Positions 28,335-37,820 of a DNA stretch of 64,000 nucleotides are shown here, in pieces. This DNA is from Puniceicoccaceae bacterium (lineage in GTDB: Bacteria; Verrucomicrobiota; Verrucomicrobiia; Opitutales; Oceanipulchritudinaceae): the NCBI GenBank assembly GCA_040830765.1, contig JBFOMH010000007.1:1-64000 (forward strand), in the 5' to 3' direction. Position numbers and translations under genes: made by a program. Under the pieces are notes generated by a model. That model worked only from the letters and a program-made list of their open reading frames with translations. It did not search any database and had not been told where the DNA came from. Position 1 is the stretch's first letter; each line of letters begins with the position of its first letter.

Positions 28335-30197
28335 CTAGATCCAGAAGAAGAGGCGCAGGAAATCGATGGTGCGATGGAAGATGATCCAGAAGAAGCTGCG
28401 CCGTTCGCTTTCAATCTTGGAAATGCCGCCCATGCCGGGTCGCCACCACTCAGCCGGATCGACTTCCAACTGGCAACGGACCAGGAAGACATTTTCCGCC
28501 TCCTGGGTAGTTGCTACCGGCTCCACAAGGACTACCCGGGCCGGGAACTTTTCCTTTGGCTGGCTGGAAAAGGCAATTTTCACCGGGGCGTCCAGCCTCA
28601 CTTCATGAATGTCCCGCTGGTCCACCTTGGCCTCCACGTAGAGCCGGTCGAGGCGGGCAATCTTAAAGAGGACATCCCCCTTTCGGACCGGAGCACCGAG
28701 GCGGCGTTTGAGATCCCCTTCAATAACAAAGGCGTCAAAGGGGCTTTGAATGGAGGCTTGCGAAATATGGAACTGGACGGATTCCAGTCGCACCCGTGCC
28801 TGCTCCGCCTGGGCTGAGAAGATGCGCATCTCGGCCAGCTCATTGCGGGCCCGGGCCTTTTCCTCCTCACGCAGATAGCGTGTCAAATCGGCTGCCGAAG
28901 CTGCCTCTTCGAGAAGAAGGTCGCGCGTATCCAGACTGAGGAGTTGTTCGCCGGTGTCGAAGATATTGCCCACTTCGGCATCAACTTCGGAAATGTAGCC
29001 GTCAAAGGGAGCAGAAAGGTAGGCCACATTCTCGGTTCGCAAGAGGAAGGGCGCTTCCACCCGGTAGGTCATCCCCCCGAAAAACAGGACTGCAAGGGCA
29101 ATCGCACAACTGGCGGCAAGGACCTTGGTCCAGACTTTCTCGGGACCAATGACCTTGCCTAGAAATTCCCGGGTGGCCGTGGCCAGGCGGGCGCCGAACC
29201 AGCGGTCCCGTCGCTTGAGGTCATGCAGGCGCGGCGTTGCCAGGTCAGCGGTGATCCGAAGCAGCCGGATTTCCTCGTCGCGGAAAGGCTCGGTTGAGCG
29301 CTCAAGGGTAATCACTCCGATGGGCTCCCCTTCGTGGCGCATTGGTATCGAACAGATGAATTTCACGCCATGGTTGGCAGCGAACTTCTCGTGGTCGCGG
29401 GTGATCAGAGTCTCCCCTTCCAATGGCGGATAATAGATTTCCTCGTCCTGATCGTAGGCCTCCTCCATGGCGGATTCGAGCTCACTGACAACCTGCATTT
29501 TCTTCTCAAACTTGTCTGAATGGCTGATGGCCTTGGTACGGATGTAGCCGCGCTGTTCCCAACCCAGGCTGGCCCGGTCACACTTGTGCTGCCCGGCCAA
29601 CTCATTGACGAAAACCATCGCCATCTCGACGAACTTCTTCTTCCCGTCCATCATGACCACAAGGTCAATGACGGAGGCTGCCTGGGCCGCCGCCCCGGGG
29701 GCGCGGTTTGACGATTGATAATGCTGCACATCGGCCGGCAGGCAGTTGGCCAGCAAAAGGCGTTTCAATGCCTCGTCCACTTCCTCCGGTGATACACCGG
29801 ACAGGAGAAAAACAGCTGCCCATTGCTCGCTGGCACGGCCAGTCTCCAGCTGAATGGCCAGCGCTGCTTCCTTGGAGTCGCCTGCTGAGGAAGAGGAAAT
29901 TTCCCTCAAGGCCTGCCCATTTTCGGCAGCCGTATCACAAAGGACCTCGAGTCGATCAAAGAAGTGGTTCAATCCTTCCCCACTGAGGTTTGCCGGTGAG
30001 GCCACAACCTTGCGCCAGCCCGTTCCCTCGTTCTTTCGCTTGCGCACAACGAGACCGAACCGGGCCATGCCAATCGTCACAAGGGCATCGATATAGGTTT
30101 GCCAGAAAACTGCCGGAGGACCGGAAAAACGCCTTAGTGAAGCCAGCTGTTCAAGGGCATCCCGGAAGGTGCCGGATTGTTCGTGTTCACTGGACAT
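28335..30197 (-). CDS. GAF domain-containing HlyD-family periplasmic adaptor (membrane fusion protein)
   Basis: GAF-like segment ICSIPMRHEGEPIGVITLERSTEPFRDEE, a single TM helix, then SAPFDGYI...coiled coil...SPFDAFVIEG and WRPGMGG. Confidence 0.85.
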   Translation of the reverse strand: MSSEHEQSGTFRDALEQLASLRRFSGPPAVFWQTYIDALVTIGMARFGLVVRKRKNEGTGWRKVVASPANLSGEGLNHFFDRLEVLCDTAAENGQALREISSSSAGDSKEAALAIQLETGRASEQWAAVFLLSGVSPEEVDEALKRLLLANCLPADVQHYQSSNRAPGAAAQAASVIDLVVMMDGKKKFVEMAMVFVNELAGQHKCDRASLGWEQRGYIRTKAISHSDKFEKKMQVVSELESAMEEAYDQDEEIYYPPLEGETLITRDHEKFAANHGVKFICSIPMRHEGEPIGVITLERSTEPFRDEEIRLLRITADLATPRLHDLKRRDRWFGARLATATREFLGKVIGPEKVWTKVLAASCAIALAVLFFGGMTYRVEAPFLLRTENVAYLSAPFDGYISEVDAEVGNIFDTGEQLLSLDTRDLLLEEAASAADLTRYLREEEKARARNELAEMRIFSAQAEQARVRLESVQFHISQASIQSPFDAFVIEGDLKRRLGAPVRKGDVLFKIARLDRLYVEAKVDQRDIHEVRLDAPVKIAFSSQPKEKFPARVVLVEPVATTQEAENVFLVRCQLEVDPAEWWRPGMGGISKIESERRSFFWIIFHRTIDFLRLFFWI

Positions 30198-30199
30198 GA

Positions 30200-30955
30200 T
30201 TAATCCTCCAGGCTGAGTTTGAGGAAGCCGCCCTCACCGGGACGCACGGCTCCACCGGGATTGGCAAAGATGGCCTTTATCCGCAGCAGGCCGCTGGCGG
30301 AGTCAACAACCGGGGAGATGAAGACAATCTCCCCGTTCATGCTGGAATTACCTGATGCTTGACCCAATTCGGAGATAAATCCCACCGTGTCTCCCATCGA
30401 CAATCGGCTGGCCAGAGCGGGATCGATATTGGCCACACAGTAGAATTGGCGTGTATCGACGATACGCATCAGGATTTGCGGAGGCTCGCAATATTCACCC
30501 ACCTCTATTGGCAGGCGGGTAACCGTTCCCGTAAACGGTGCCCGGAGTCGCTTCTTTTCCAGCGAGTCCTTGGCCAGGTCCAGTTCGATGACCGAGATCT
30601 GGTAATCACTGCGGGCCTCATCAACCTCCTCCATGGAAATCGAACTGGTTTTCTCCAGCAGCATTTCCGATCGCTCGAGGGTGGCCTTGAGGTTGGCTAC
30701 GAGCACTTCCCGTCGCTTGATATCCAACTCCTCGGCGATGGAGTCCAGCTCGACAATGACTGTTCCCTTCTCCACGAAACTGCCTTCACCGTGCCGGATG
30801 GCACTGACAGTGCCCGGTAGAGTGGATGTCATTTCCACGTCCGCTACCGCTTCTGTCAGGCAGCGGATCGTTTTTGCTTCAAGCGTGCTAACGAATGTGG
30901 CTGCCGTCAAAACGACGAGGGAGAGGCTTCTTTTCAGGTTCCGTTGAGATATCAT
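30200..30955 (-). CDS. Efflux RND/HlyD-type periplasmic adaptor subunit
   Basis: Signal-like N-terminus, then GTVSAIRHGEGSFVEKG, coiled coil, LRAPFTGTV, ISPVVDSASG, VRPG. Confidence 0.88.
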   Translation of the reverse strand: MISQRNLKRSLSLVVLTAATFVSTLEAKTIRCLTEAVADVEMTSTLPGTVSAIRHGEGSFVEKGTVIVELDSIAEELDIKRREVLVANLKATLERSEMLLEKTSSISMEEVDEARSDYQISVIELDLAKDSLEKKRLRAPFTGTVTRLPIEVGEYCEPPQILMRIVDTRQFYCVANIDPALASRLSMGDTVGFISELGQASGNSSMNGEIVFISPVVDSASGLLRIKAIFANPGGAVRPGEGGFLKLSLED

Positions 30956-32759
30956 AATTGTCTTCTTCCTGGTAGGGCTTGCGGTAGGATTTTACGGGCA
31001 GGGAATCCCAATCGACTCCGAGCCACGGTGTAGTGAAAGTGTCCTCCTGAAAGGCCACCGGGGCCTCCGCAGGGAGGCGGTCAAAGTCCGCCAGGCGGTA
31101 GTCCATGGCCGGGGTTTGCCGGTCTCCATTCCGGGCCCAGTAAGCGGTTCGCTCCTCGAGCTCCGCATAGTCCACCTCAAGGTTGCGCAGTTGCAGGATG
31201 CTTCCCGAAATCAATTGCAGTTCAAGGAGGGACCGCTGGTAATCGATTTCACTTTGCAACTGCTCCAAGCGGGCGGCAAAGAGCTCCTGCTCGGCCTCCA
31301 GTACGCTCCGGGCATCCATCCGGCCAATGTCCCGGCTTTGCATGCGGGTATCGAGAAGGCTGATCCGGAAATCAACCACCGATTCCATGCTTCGGGCGGT
31401 CGTGAAATTGGCATCGATTCGCTGTGCAGCCGTGTCACAGCCAACCTGGACCTGGGTAAAGAGACTGGCTTCCGTCCGCTCCGCCCGCATCAACCGCAAA
31501 TTGGCGGCGCGCTTTTCGTTGACGCCACGAACGTCACCCCAAAGCGGCACCCGGACAACGACGCCGACCGACCAGAGGGGAAAGTCATAGCTTTTGAGAT
31601 CCTCCCAGGATTCCTCCCACCAGCGGCCAAATCCGGATGAGCCCATGTCGGCCTTGAGGTTGACCTCGGGAAGCCGCTGGTTCTTCGCGTAACCAAGGCG
31701 GATTCGCTCCTGCTCAGTCTGGATTTTAGCCTTTAACAAATCAGGATTCATCGAGGAGGCGGTGAGCTTAATTTCATCGTAGACACTTTCGACCTCCTTC
31801 GATTCCGGAGAGTCGGTCACGATATAACCGACCTGATACTCCCGCGGAACGCCACCAAAATACGAGGCCAGGTTGTTCATCGCGTTCACCTGTTTCTGGA
31901 AGGACTCCCGTTCGCGCGAACGGCGCAGGGCCAGCCCCGCTTCCGCCTCAAGGACATCGAGCTTGGCACCCCGACCGGCATCAAAACTGGCCCGGCTGTC
32001 TTCAAGGATGGTTGCTGAGAGCGCTACCGATTCCCGACTCAGCTTCAGTTCTTCCTGTGCATAATACAAATCCCAGTAGGCCAGTTCCGCCTCGGCGACA
32101 ACCGTCATCAACTCGCGACGATAGTCCTGGAAAGCGATCTCTGATTGGCGCGCAGCCATCCGCAGGGAGGCCAGGTTGGAGGCAAAGCCAAATCCCTTTA
32201 GGAGCGGTTGCTCGACCGTCAGTCCCCAGCGGGTCTGGTAGCCCTCTTGCGGATTGTCACTCGTGATCGGTGCATTCCGGTAAATATCATCCCCGAAAAC
32301 ACCGAGTTGCACCCGGGTGCCAAGGGGTGTCCTCACCTCCACCGCGGAACTCAGGCGCCAGGTGTTTTCCTCGTAGATGTCAGGATAAAAGTCCCTGTCC
32401 TCATTCCCGTTGATGGTATTCTGGACCCAGTTGGTGATACGGGTTTCCGGATCCGTGTTCGGTTGCCTCCGGTCAACGAACTCTGCACTGGAAACAAGGG
32501 CCGGCTCGAAGGCACCCATTTCCGCGCTTCGCTGCCGCCGCGCGGCATGAAAGCCCAACAGGCGGGCCTGCACGGACTCATTATAGTCGACCACGCGCTG
32601 CATGTATTCTTCCAGCGACAAGTGGTCATTCGTACCATACCGCGGTTCCAAGGACATCCGCTGCTCCTCCATTGTCGAAGCAGAAAGGGTGATGTTGGAA
32701 ACTAACAGGCAAAGCAGGACGGGGCCTATACCCCATACAGGACACAGAAAACACCTCAT
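30888..32759 (-). CDS. tolC: TolC-family outer membrane channel
   Basis: Signal peptide and two OEP-like repeats (LTVEQPLLKGFG, AELAYWDL, LDVLEAEA, RLPEVNL, VLEAEQEL). Confidence 0.88.
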   Translation of the reverse strand: MRCFLCPVWGIGPVLLCLLVSNITLSASTMEEQRMSLEPRYGTNDHLSLEEYMQRVVDYNESVQARLLGFHAARRQRSAEMGAFEPALVSSAEFVDRRQPNTDPETRITNWVQNTINGNEDRDFYPDIYEENTWRLSSAVEVRTPLGTRVQLGVFGDDIYRNAPITSDNPQEGYQTRWGLTVEQPLLKGFGFASNLASLRMAARQSEIAFQDYRRELMTVVAEAELAYWDLYYAQEELKLSRESVALSATILEDSRASFDAGRGAKLDVLEAEAGLALRRSRERESFQKQVNAMNNLASYFGGVPREYQVGYIVTDSPESKEVESVYDEIKLTASSMNPDLLKAKIQTEQERIRLGYAKNQRLPEVNLKADMGSSGFGRWWEESWEDLKSYDFPLWSVGVVVRVPLWGDVRGVNEKRAANLRLMRAERTEASLFTQVQVGCDTAAQRIDANFTTARSMESVVDFRISLLDTRMQSRDIGRMDARSVLEAEQELFAARLEQLQSEIDYQRSLLELQLISGSILQLRNLEVDYAELEERTAYWARNGDRQTPAMDYRLADFDRLPAEAPVAFQEDTFTTPWLGVDWDSLPVKSYRKPYQEEDNYDISTEPEKKPLPRRFDGSHIR

Positions 32760-32899
32760 TTAAGCATTCAAGACGATACCGGGAATCGAATCAAGAACGA
32801 AGTGAGGCCATTACCAGCAGGCATCATACACGCCATTAGCAGTCTTAAAATGGAGATTTCAGCTGCTATTCAGGTAAAAATCAGTCCTTAACCCGTGTT

Positions 32900-33400
32900 T
32901 TACGGCCCGTACGGCGAGTAGGTAACCGGATACTCCGGGATACTCACATGGTAATGGCCTTCCAGGAATGTGGCGATATCCATCAGCTGGCCGGTTGTCA
33001 TGGCCTCTGAATAGTCCGGCATCAGGGACTTACCGTCCGGCATATCATACAGTTGCAGGACATCCGGCCGGATACTTTCCGAAGGATGAATGATCGCGGT
33101 AATCAATTCACCGTAGGTCTTGACCCGGTATACTTGCCCACCGAGGGGTACAACCAGTCCGTCTTCGTAGGGCTCCACGCTAAACGAGTCGATACCCGCC
33201 ACAGTATGACATTGGGCACAGCGCAGTTCATTAAAGGCCTGGAGTCCCTTACCAGCATCGCCAGCGGGAATCCTGAAACCCGGCTCATTGGCGATCGTCT
33301 GCCAGATGACAACAATATTAATGAACACCGATAGAATCAGGAGAACCCCCAACACGACGGTTGCGCTGGTCGTTCTGTTATCTTTTTTCGTCATTTCCAT
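32900..33400 (-). CDS. Membrane-anchored monoheme cytochrome c
   Basis: TM helix, GDAGKG...CAQCH, distal SLMP ligand motif. Start placed at MEMTKK (33400) behind a GGAGGT Shine-Dalgarno. Confidence 0.8.
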   Translation of the reverse strand: MEMTKKDNRTTSATVVLGVLLILSVFINIVVIWQTIANEPGFRIPAGDAGKGLQAFNELRCAQCHTVAGIDSFSVEPYEDGLVVPLGGQVYRVKTYGELITAIIHPSESIRPDVLQLYDMPDGKSLMPDYSEAMTTGQLMDIATFLEGHYHVSIPEYPVTYSPYGP

Positions 33401-33607
33401 ACCCACCTCCATTCTATTCATAAGAAATTCATCCGGAATTGGCAAGAATGAAGCAGTCGGCGAAATTTGTTCCGGAATGGATTATAAGCTTGCCAGCGGC
33501 CTTGGATTAGCGAGTGTCCTGCGCTTCATCGCGGGAACATCCCGCAGGGGAGACCGGTCATGGCCATGTTCTGGTAGCCTGCTTTTAAAACCGGTCGAGA
33601 AAACCAC

Positions 33608-34927
33608 ATGTCATCCATTACGTTTGCGGACCTGCCCTTGGCAGAGTCCCTCCATCGCGCCTTGCGCGAACAGAATTACACCACGCCGACTCCGATCCAG
33701 GAGCAGTCGATTCCACCGCAACTGGAAGGACGGGACCTCATTGGCTGTGCCCAGACAGGCACTGGCAAGACAGCGGCCTTCGCCCTGCCCATCCTGCATC
33801 ACATAGCCGAGCGGCCCAAGGGCCTGAAACGGGGTAAGGCACGGACCTTGGTCCTGACCCCGACCCGCGAGCTGGCGGTCCAGGTGGGCAAGAGCTTCAC
33901 GACCTACGGCAGAAACATGCGGATTCGGCATGCCCTTGTCTACGGAGGCGTCAGCCAGCACCCCCAGACCCGTTCCCTGCAAAAGGGCGTGGATATCCTG
34001 GTGGCTACACCCGGACGCTTGATGGACTTGATGGAGCAGGGACACATTGACCTGAGCGCTGTTGAGTTTCTCGTCCTTGATGAAGTCGACCGCATGCTCG
34101 ATATGGGGTTTGTCCATGATGTCCGCCGGATCGTCTCCTCGATCCCGCAGGAGCGCCAGACTGCGCTCTTCACGGCTACCCTGACTAAAGACGTCGAGAA
34201 AATCGCCGCGGCCTTCGTCAAGGAACCGGTACGGGTGACCGTTTCCCCGGAAAAGCCGGTTGTCGAAAACATCGACCAGGAGGTTTGTTTCATCCGTCCG
34301 GAAAACAAAATCCCCCTCCTGCAGGCCTACCTTCGTGGCCAGGCTGACCGGAAAGGCAATCATTCAACTATTATCTTCTGCCGCACCAAATATGGAACGG
34401 AGAAGCTCTCCAAGCAGTTGAACCGCCATGGCTTCAATTCCGACGCCATCCACGGGGACAAGTCGCAGGGTGCCCGCCAGCGGGCCCTGAACAACTTCCG
34501 TTCCGGCAAGCTCCCCATCCTCGTGGCTACGGATGTTGCCGCCCGGGGAATCGACGTCCGGACCATTTCCCTGGTCATCAACTTTGATCTGCCCGAAGCG
34601 CCGGACAGCTATGTCCACCGTATCGGCCGGACCGCCCGGGCTGAAGCACACGGTAATGCCGTCAGCTTTTGTACCGCCAAGGATGTCGGCCTGCTGGCAG
34701 CCATCGAAAAGTACATCGGCCTCAAGATTGAGGTGGATACCCACCACCCGTTCCATGACGCGGCAACTGCCGATCGCTCCACCCACCATAGCAAGCGGCC
34801 CCACCGTAAACAGGGATTCAACAAACAACGCCGCTATGGCAAACGGCGCCCGCAAAACGACAATCCCTTCAAGGGCAATTTTCGCAAGCGGAAGCGGGAG
34901 GGCTCGACACGGGGTGGCAAGCGTTAA
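33608..34927 (+). CDS. rhlE: DEAD-box RNA helicase (RhlE-like)
   Basis: Q-motif, AQTGTGKT, PTRELA, TPGRL, DEVD, TAT, HRIGRTAR, and a basic C-terminal tail. Confidence 0.92.
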   Translation: MSSITFADLPLAESLHRALREQNYTTPTPIQEQSIPPQLEGRDLIGCAQTGTGKTAAFALPILHHIAERPKGLKRGKARTLVLTPTRELAVQVGKSFTTYGRNMRIRHALVYGGVSQHPQTRSLQKGVDILVATPGRLMDLMEQGHIDLSAVEFLVLDEVDRMLDMGFVHDVRRIVSSIPQERQTALFTATLTKDVEKIAAAFVKEPVRVTVSPEKPVVENIDQEVCFIRPENKIPLLQAYLRGQADRKGNHSTIIFCRTKYGTEKLSKQLNRHGFNSDAIHGDKSQGARQRALNNFRSGKLPILVATDVAARGIDVRTISLVINFDLPEAPDSYVHRIGRTARAEAHGNAVSFCTAKDVGLLAAIEKYIGLKIEVDTHHPFHDAATADRSTHHSKRPHRKQGFNKQRRYGKRRPQNDNPFKGNFRKRKREGSTRGGKR

Positions 34928-34990
34928 GCTACCGTTGTTCGGTAAGAAAAGGGATTGTGATTTTCATGGGGCCGACTTTTTATCGGCCTC

Positions 34991-36955
34991 ATGCACCAGA
35001 CAGTCTCTTACCCCAAACGTCTCCTTGCAATTGGCATTGGAATTTTTGCCTTCCTGCTGAATGCCTCAGCCGACATTTCCGTCCCCACCCTCTTTTCCGA
35101 CCACATGGTCCTACAGCGGGACAAGCCGATCAAGGTCTGGGGTTGGGGTGAACCGGGAGAAGCGGTAAATGTCCGGATCAGTGACGCTGAGGCCGGTGCA
35201 TTGACTGGCAGGGATGGCCGCTGGATGGTCGAACTCCCTCCCCTGAAAGCGGGTGGGCCCCATACGTTGCTTATTGAAGGCACCAACACGATCACCCTCA
35301 AGGATGTCCTCATCGGGGAAGTCTGGATTGCCTCCGGGCAATCCAACATGCAATGGACATCGGGACGGTCCACCAATGCCGACCTCCATCGGCTTATCGC
35401 CACGACATCGTCGGGTATTCGTTTTAACAAGGTCCGCAACCTCGGCAGCCAGGTGCCGCAGGAAACGACAGACAATGACTGGGTCGTGGCCTCGCCTGGT
35501 AGTGTCGATGACAACACCGCCGTCGGCTACGCCTTTGCCAAAACCCTCCATGCTGTTCTGGGTGTCCCGGTGGGGATCATCGACACCGCCTGGGGTGCTT
35601 CCACTTGCGAGGCATGGGTCGACCGTGCGCTTACCGCTTCCGACCCTCAGCTGAAAAATATTCATGAGGATTGGCTGGCAAAGGAAGCCACTTATGATCA
35701 CGAGGCGGACATGGCGGCTTATGAAGTCAAGCTGGCTGAATGGGAGGTTCATCAAACAGGACCAAAACCACGCAAGCCCCATGACGAAATGGTCTGCCAG
35801 CATCGCCCGGGCAATCTCTGGAACGCCCGCACCCTGCCGGTGGCACCCTACACGATTCGGGGGGTTATCTGGTACCAGGGGGAAGGGAATGCCCAGTCCG
35901 TCGACCGGGCGGTGCAATACCATCACCTTTTCAGCACCATGATTGGGGAATGGCGCCAGCTCTGGGAGGAGGAATTCCCCTTCTACTTTGTCCAGTTGGC
36001 GGATTACCGGAAGGAATCTGTCTTTGCACCCAATGAGCCCTGGCCCTTCCTCCGGGAATCGCAGGCACGGACCATGGAGACAGTTCCCAATACCGGCCAG
36101 GCCGTTATCATCGACATCGGTGAAGGCAAGGACATCCACCCGCAGGAGAAGGAAGAGGTTGGCCGCCGTCTCGCCCGCTGGGCACTGAACAAGGATTACG
36201 GCTACACCGGACTGGCCCACCGCGCCCCGGAATTCAAGTCATGGACGCAGGAGGGAGACACCGTTGTCGTGGATTTCAACTACACGGGTAAAGGCCTGCG
36301 TCCTTTCGACACCCACTCTGTACATGGCTTCGTCGTCCGTTCGGAAGACGCACAGTGGCATGTCGTCGAGGGCAAGGTGGCCAGGAAGCACTCGGTTGAG
36401 CTGAAGTTGCCAATGGCCCTGACCGTCACCGCGGTCCGTTATGCCTGGGCTAATAACCCGGTCTGCAACCTGTTCAGCCTTGACGGGCTGCCCGTTACTC
36501 CATTCAGAACCGACACGGAGAATACAGTCATGGAAGATAACTTCAGCGCATCCATCCTCTACGATATCGACCGCGCCTTCAGCGCCCGGGCCCGGGAAGT
36601 GGGCACGGCCCAGGCGTTCATGGAATTTGCCGCCGAGGACGCGGTCATGTACCGCGACGGATCCGAGCCGATCATGGGCAGGAAGGCCATTGGACAGGTT
36701 CTTTCCGGTGACAATGGATCCCTGGTTTGGGAACCGGTGGCTGGCGACATCGCTGCCAGCGGTGATCTCGGCTACACCCGCGGCAAGTTTGTCTACAACA
36801 CCGCCCCGGGGCCGGATGGCCAACCACCACTGGGTCCCTTCAAGGGCTATTACACTTCCATCTGGAAAAAGCAAACGGATGGTTCCTGGAAGTGGGTTTA
36901 CGACGGGGGAATCATTACGGAAAAACCGGCCCCTCCAGAGGAGGCAACAGAGTAA
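34991..36955 (+). CDS. Sialate O-acetylesterase-family (SASA/SGNH) esterase fused to a C-terminal NTF2/SnoaL-like (DUF4440-like) domain
   Basis: Signal peptide, FSDHMVLQR, GEVWIASGQSNM, WYQGE, DIHP, VRYAW...PFRTD; then SGDLGYTRG...YTSIWKKQTDGSWK. Confidence 0.85.
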   Translation: MHQTVSYPKRLLAIGIGIFAFLLNASADISVPTLFSDHMVLQRDKPIKVWGWGEPGEAVNVRISDAEAGALTGRDGRWMVELPPLKAGGPHTLLIEGTNTITLKDVLIGEVWIASGQSNMQWTSGRSTNADLHRLIATTSSGIRFNKVRNLGSQVPQETTDNDWVVASPGSVDDNTAVGYAFAKTLHAVLGVPVGIIDTAWGASTCEAWVDRALTASDPQLKNIHEDWLAKEATYDHEADMAAYEVKLAEWEVHQTGPKPRKPHDEMVCQHRPGNLWNARTLPVAPYTIRGVIWYQGEGNAQSVDRAVQYHHLFSTMIGEWRQLWEEEFPFYFVQLADYRKESVFAPNEPWPFLRESQARTMETVPNTGQAVIIDIGEGKDIHPQEKEEVGRRLARWALNKDYGYTGLAHRAPEFKSWTQEGDTVVVDFNYTGKGLRPFDTHSVHGFVVRSEDAQWHVVEGKVARKHSVELKLPMALTVTAVRYAWANNPVCNLFSLDGLPVTPFRTDTENTVMEDNFSASILYDIDRAFSARAREVGTAQAFMEFAAEDAVMYRDGSEPIMGRKAIGQVLSGDNGSLVWEPVAGDIAASGDLGYTRGKFVYNTAPGPDGQPPLGPFKGYYTSIWKKQTDGSWKWVYDGGIITEKPAPPEEATE

Positions 36956-36958
36956 GCA

Positions 36959-37612
36959 ATGGGATCCCGCGACCTGCATCCGACATCCGGCTATTCCCCA
37001 GCGGAGGAATGGGCCAATACCATTACCCATGGGATTGGTGCCGTCCTGAGCCTCGTCGGGCTGGTCGTGGCTGTCGTCTTCGCCTCCTTGAATGCGAATG
37101 CCTACCTGATCACCGCCTGCGCCATCTACGGCTCCTCGCTGCTGGTGTTGCACCTGTCATCGACCCTCTACCATGCGGCCCGCGATCTGAAGTGGAAACG
37201 CCGCTTCCTGGCGGCTGACCATGCCTCGATTTACCTCCTCATCGCCGGGACCTATACCCCGTTTTGTCTCGGTCCGATGCGCGGACCTGTCGGCTGGACC
37301 TTGTTTGGTATCATCTGGGCACTGGCCATTGTCGGGATCTACAAGGAAATCCTCCGGCCCAAACGCGGAACCAGTGTCTCGGCGACCATTTACCTCATCA
37401 TGGGTTGGTTGGTCATCGGGTTCCTGTATCCACTTATTACCTCGATTTCCACCCATGGCCTGATCATGCTGCTTATTGGAGGAAGCCTCTATTCCATTGG
37501 CGTTGTCTTCTATAAATGGCATTCCCTGAAGTATCATCATGCCATCTGGCACCTCTTTGTCATCGGTGGTGCGGCCTGCCAGTTCGTCGCTGTCATGGGA
37601 TTAATCACCTGA
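36959..37612 (+). CDS. Hemolysin III / PAQR-family membrane protein (TrhA/YqfA-like)
   Basis: EEWANTITHG, SSTLYH, DHASIYLLIAGTYTPF, HAIWHLFV; about seven TM helices. Confidence 0.92.
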   Translation: MGSRDLHPTSGYSPAEEWANTITHGIGAVLSLVGLVVAVVFASLNANAYLITACAIYGSSLLVLHLSSTLYHAARDLKWKRRFLAADHASIYLLIAGTYTPFCLGPMRGPVGWTLFGIIWALAIVGIYKEILRPKRGTSVSATIYLIMGWLVIGFLYPLITSISTHGLIMLLIGGSLYSIGVVFYKWHSLKYHHAIWHLFVIGGAACQFVAVMGLIT

Positions 37613-37820
37613 CCTTCACAACTCGTCCCACCTCACCGGATGCCAGTCCTTTCCATGGCCGGAATTGACATAAGGGATTCAACGTGATTTAACGGCCAGT
37701 GGCCATGAAGCCCCGCTACAGCTCTTGGGGCCCCCGTTTGGCAGGCAAGGGTGTGCCGTACACCCCAACCCGCTTCCGGCAATGCTATGTCCACCCGGAA
37801 GCAACATGGAAACTTGTCCC

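Noticed and set aside
36959..37612. Hemolysin as a virulence factor
   Set aside because: The hemolysin III/PAQR family is a widespread membrane-homeostasis family.
37660..37820. Riboswitch upstream of the repeat protein (TTGACA and two hairpins, GGGTGT/ACACCC and GCTTCCGG/CCGGAAGC)
   Set aside because: Hairpins are present but I could not match any riboswitch consensus; an Rfam search would be needed.
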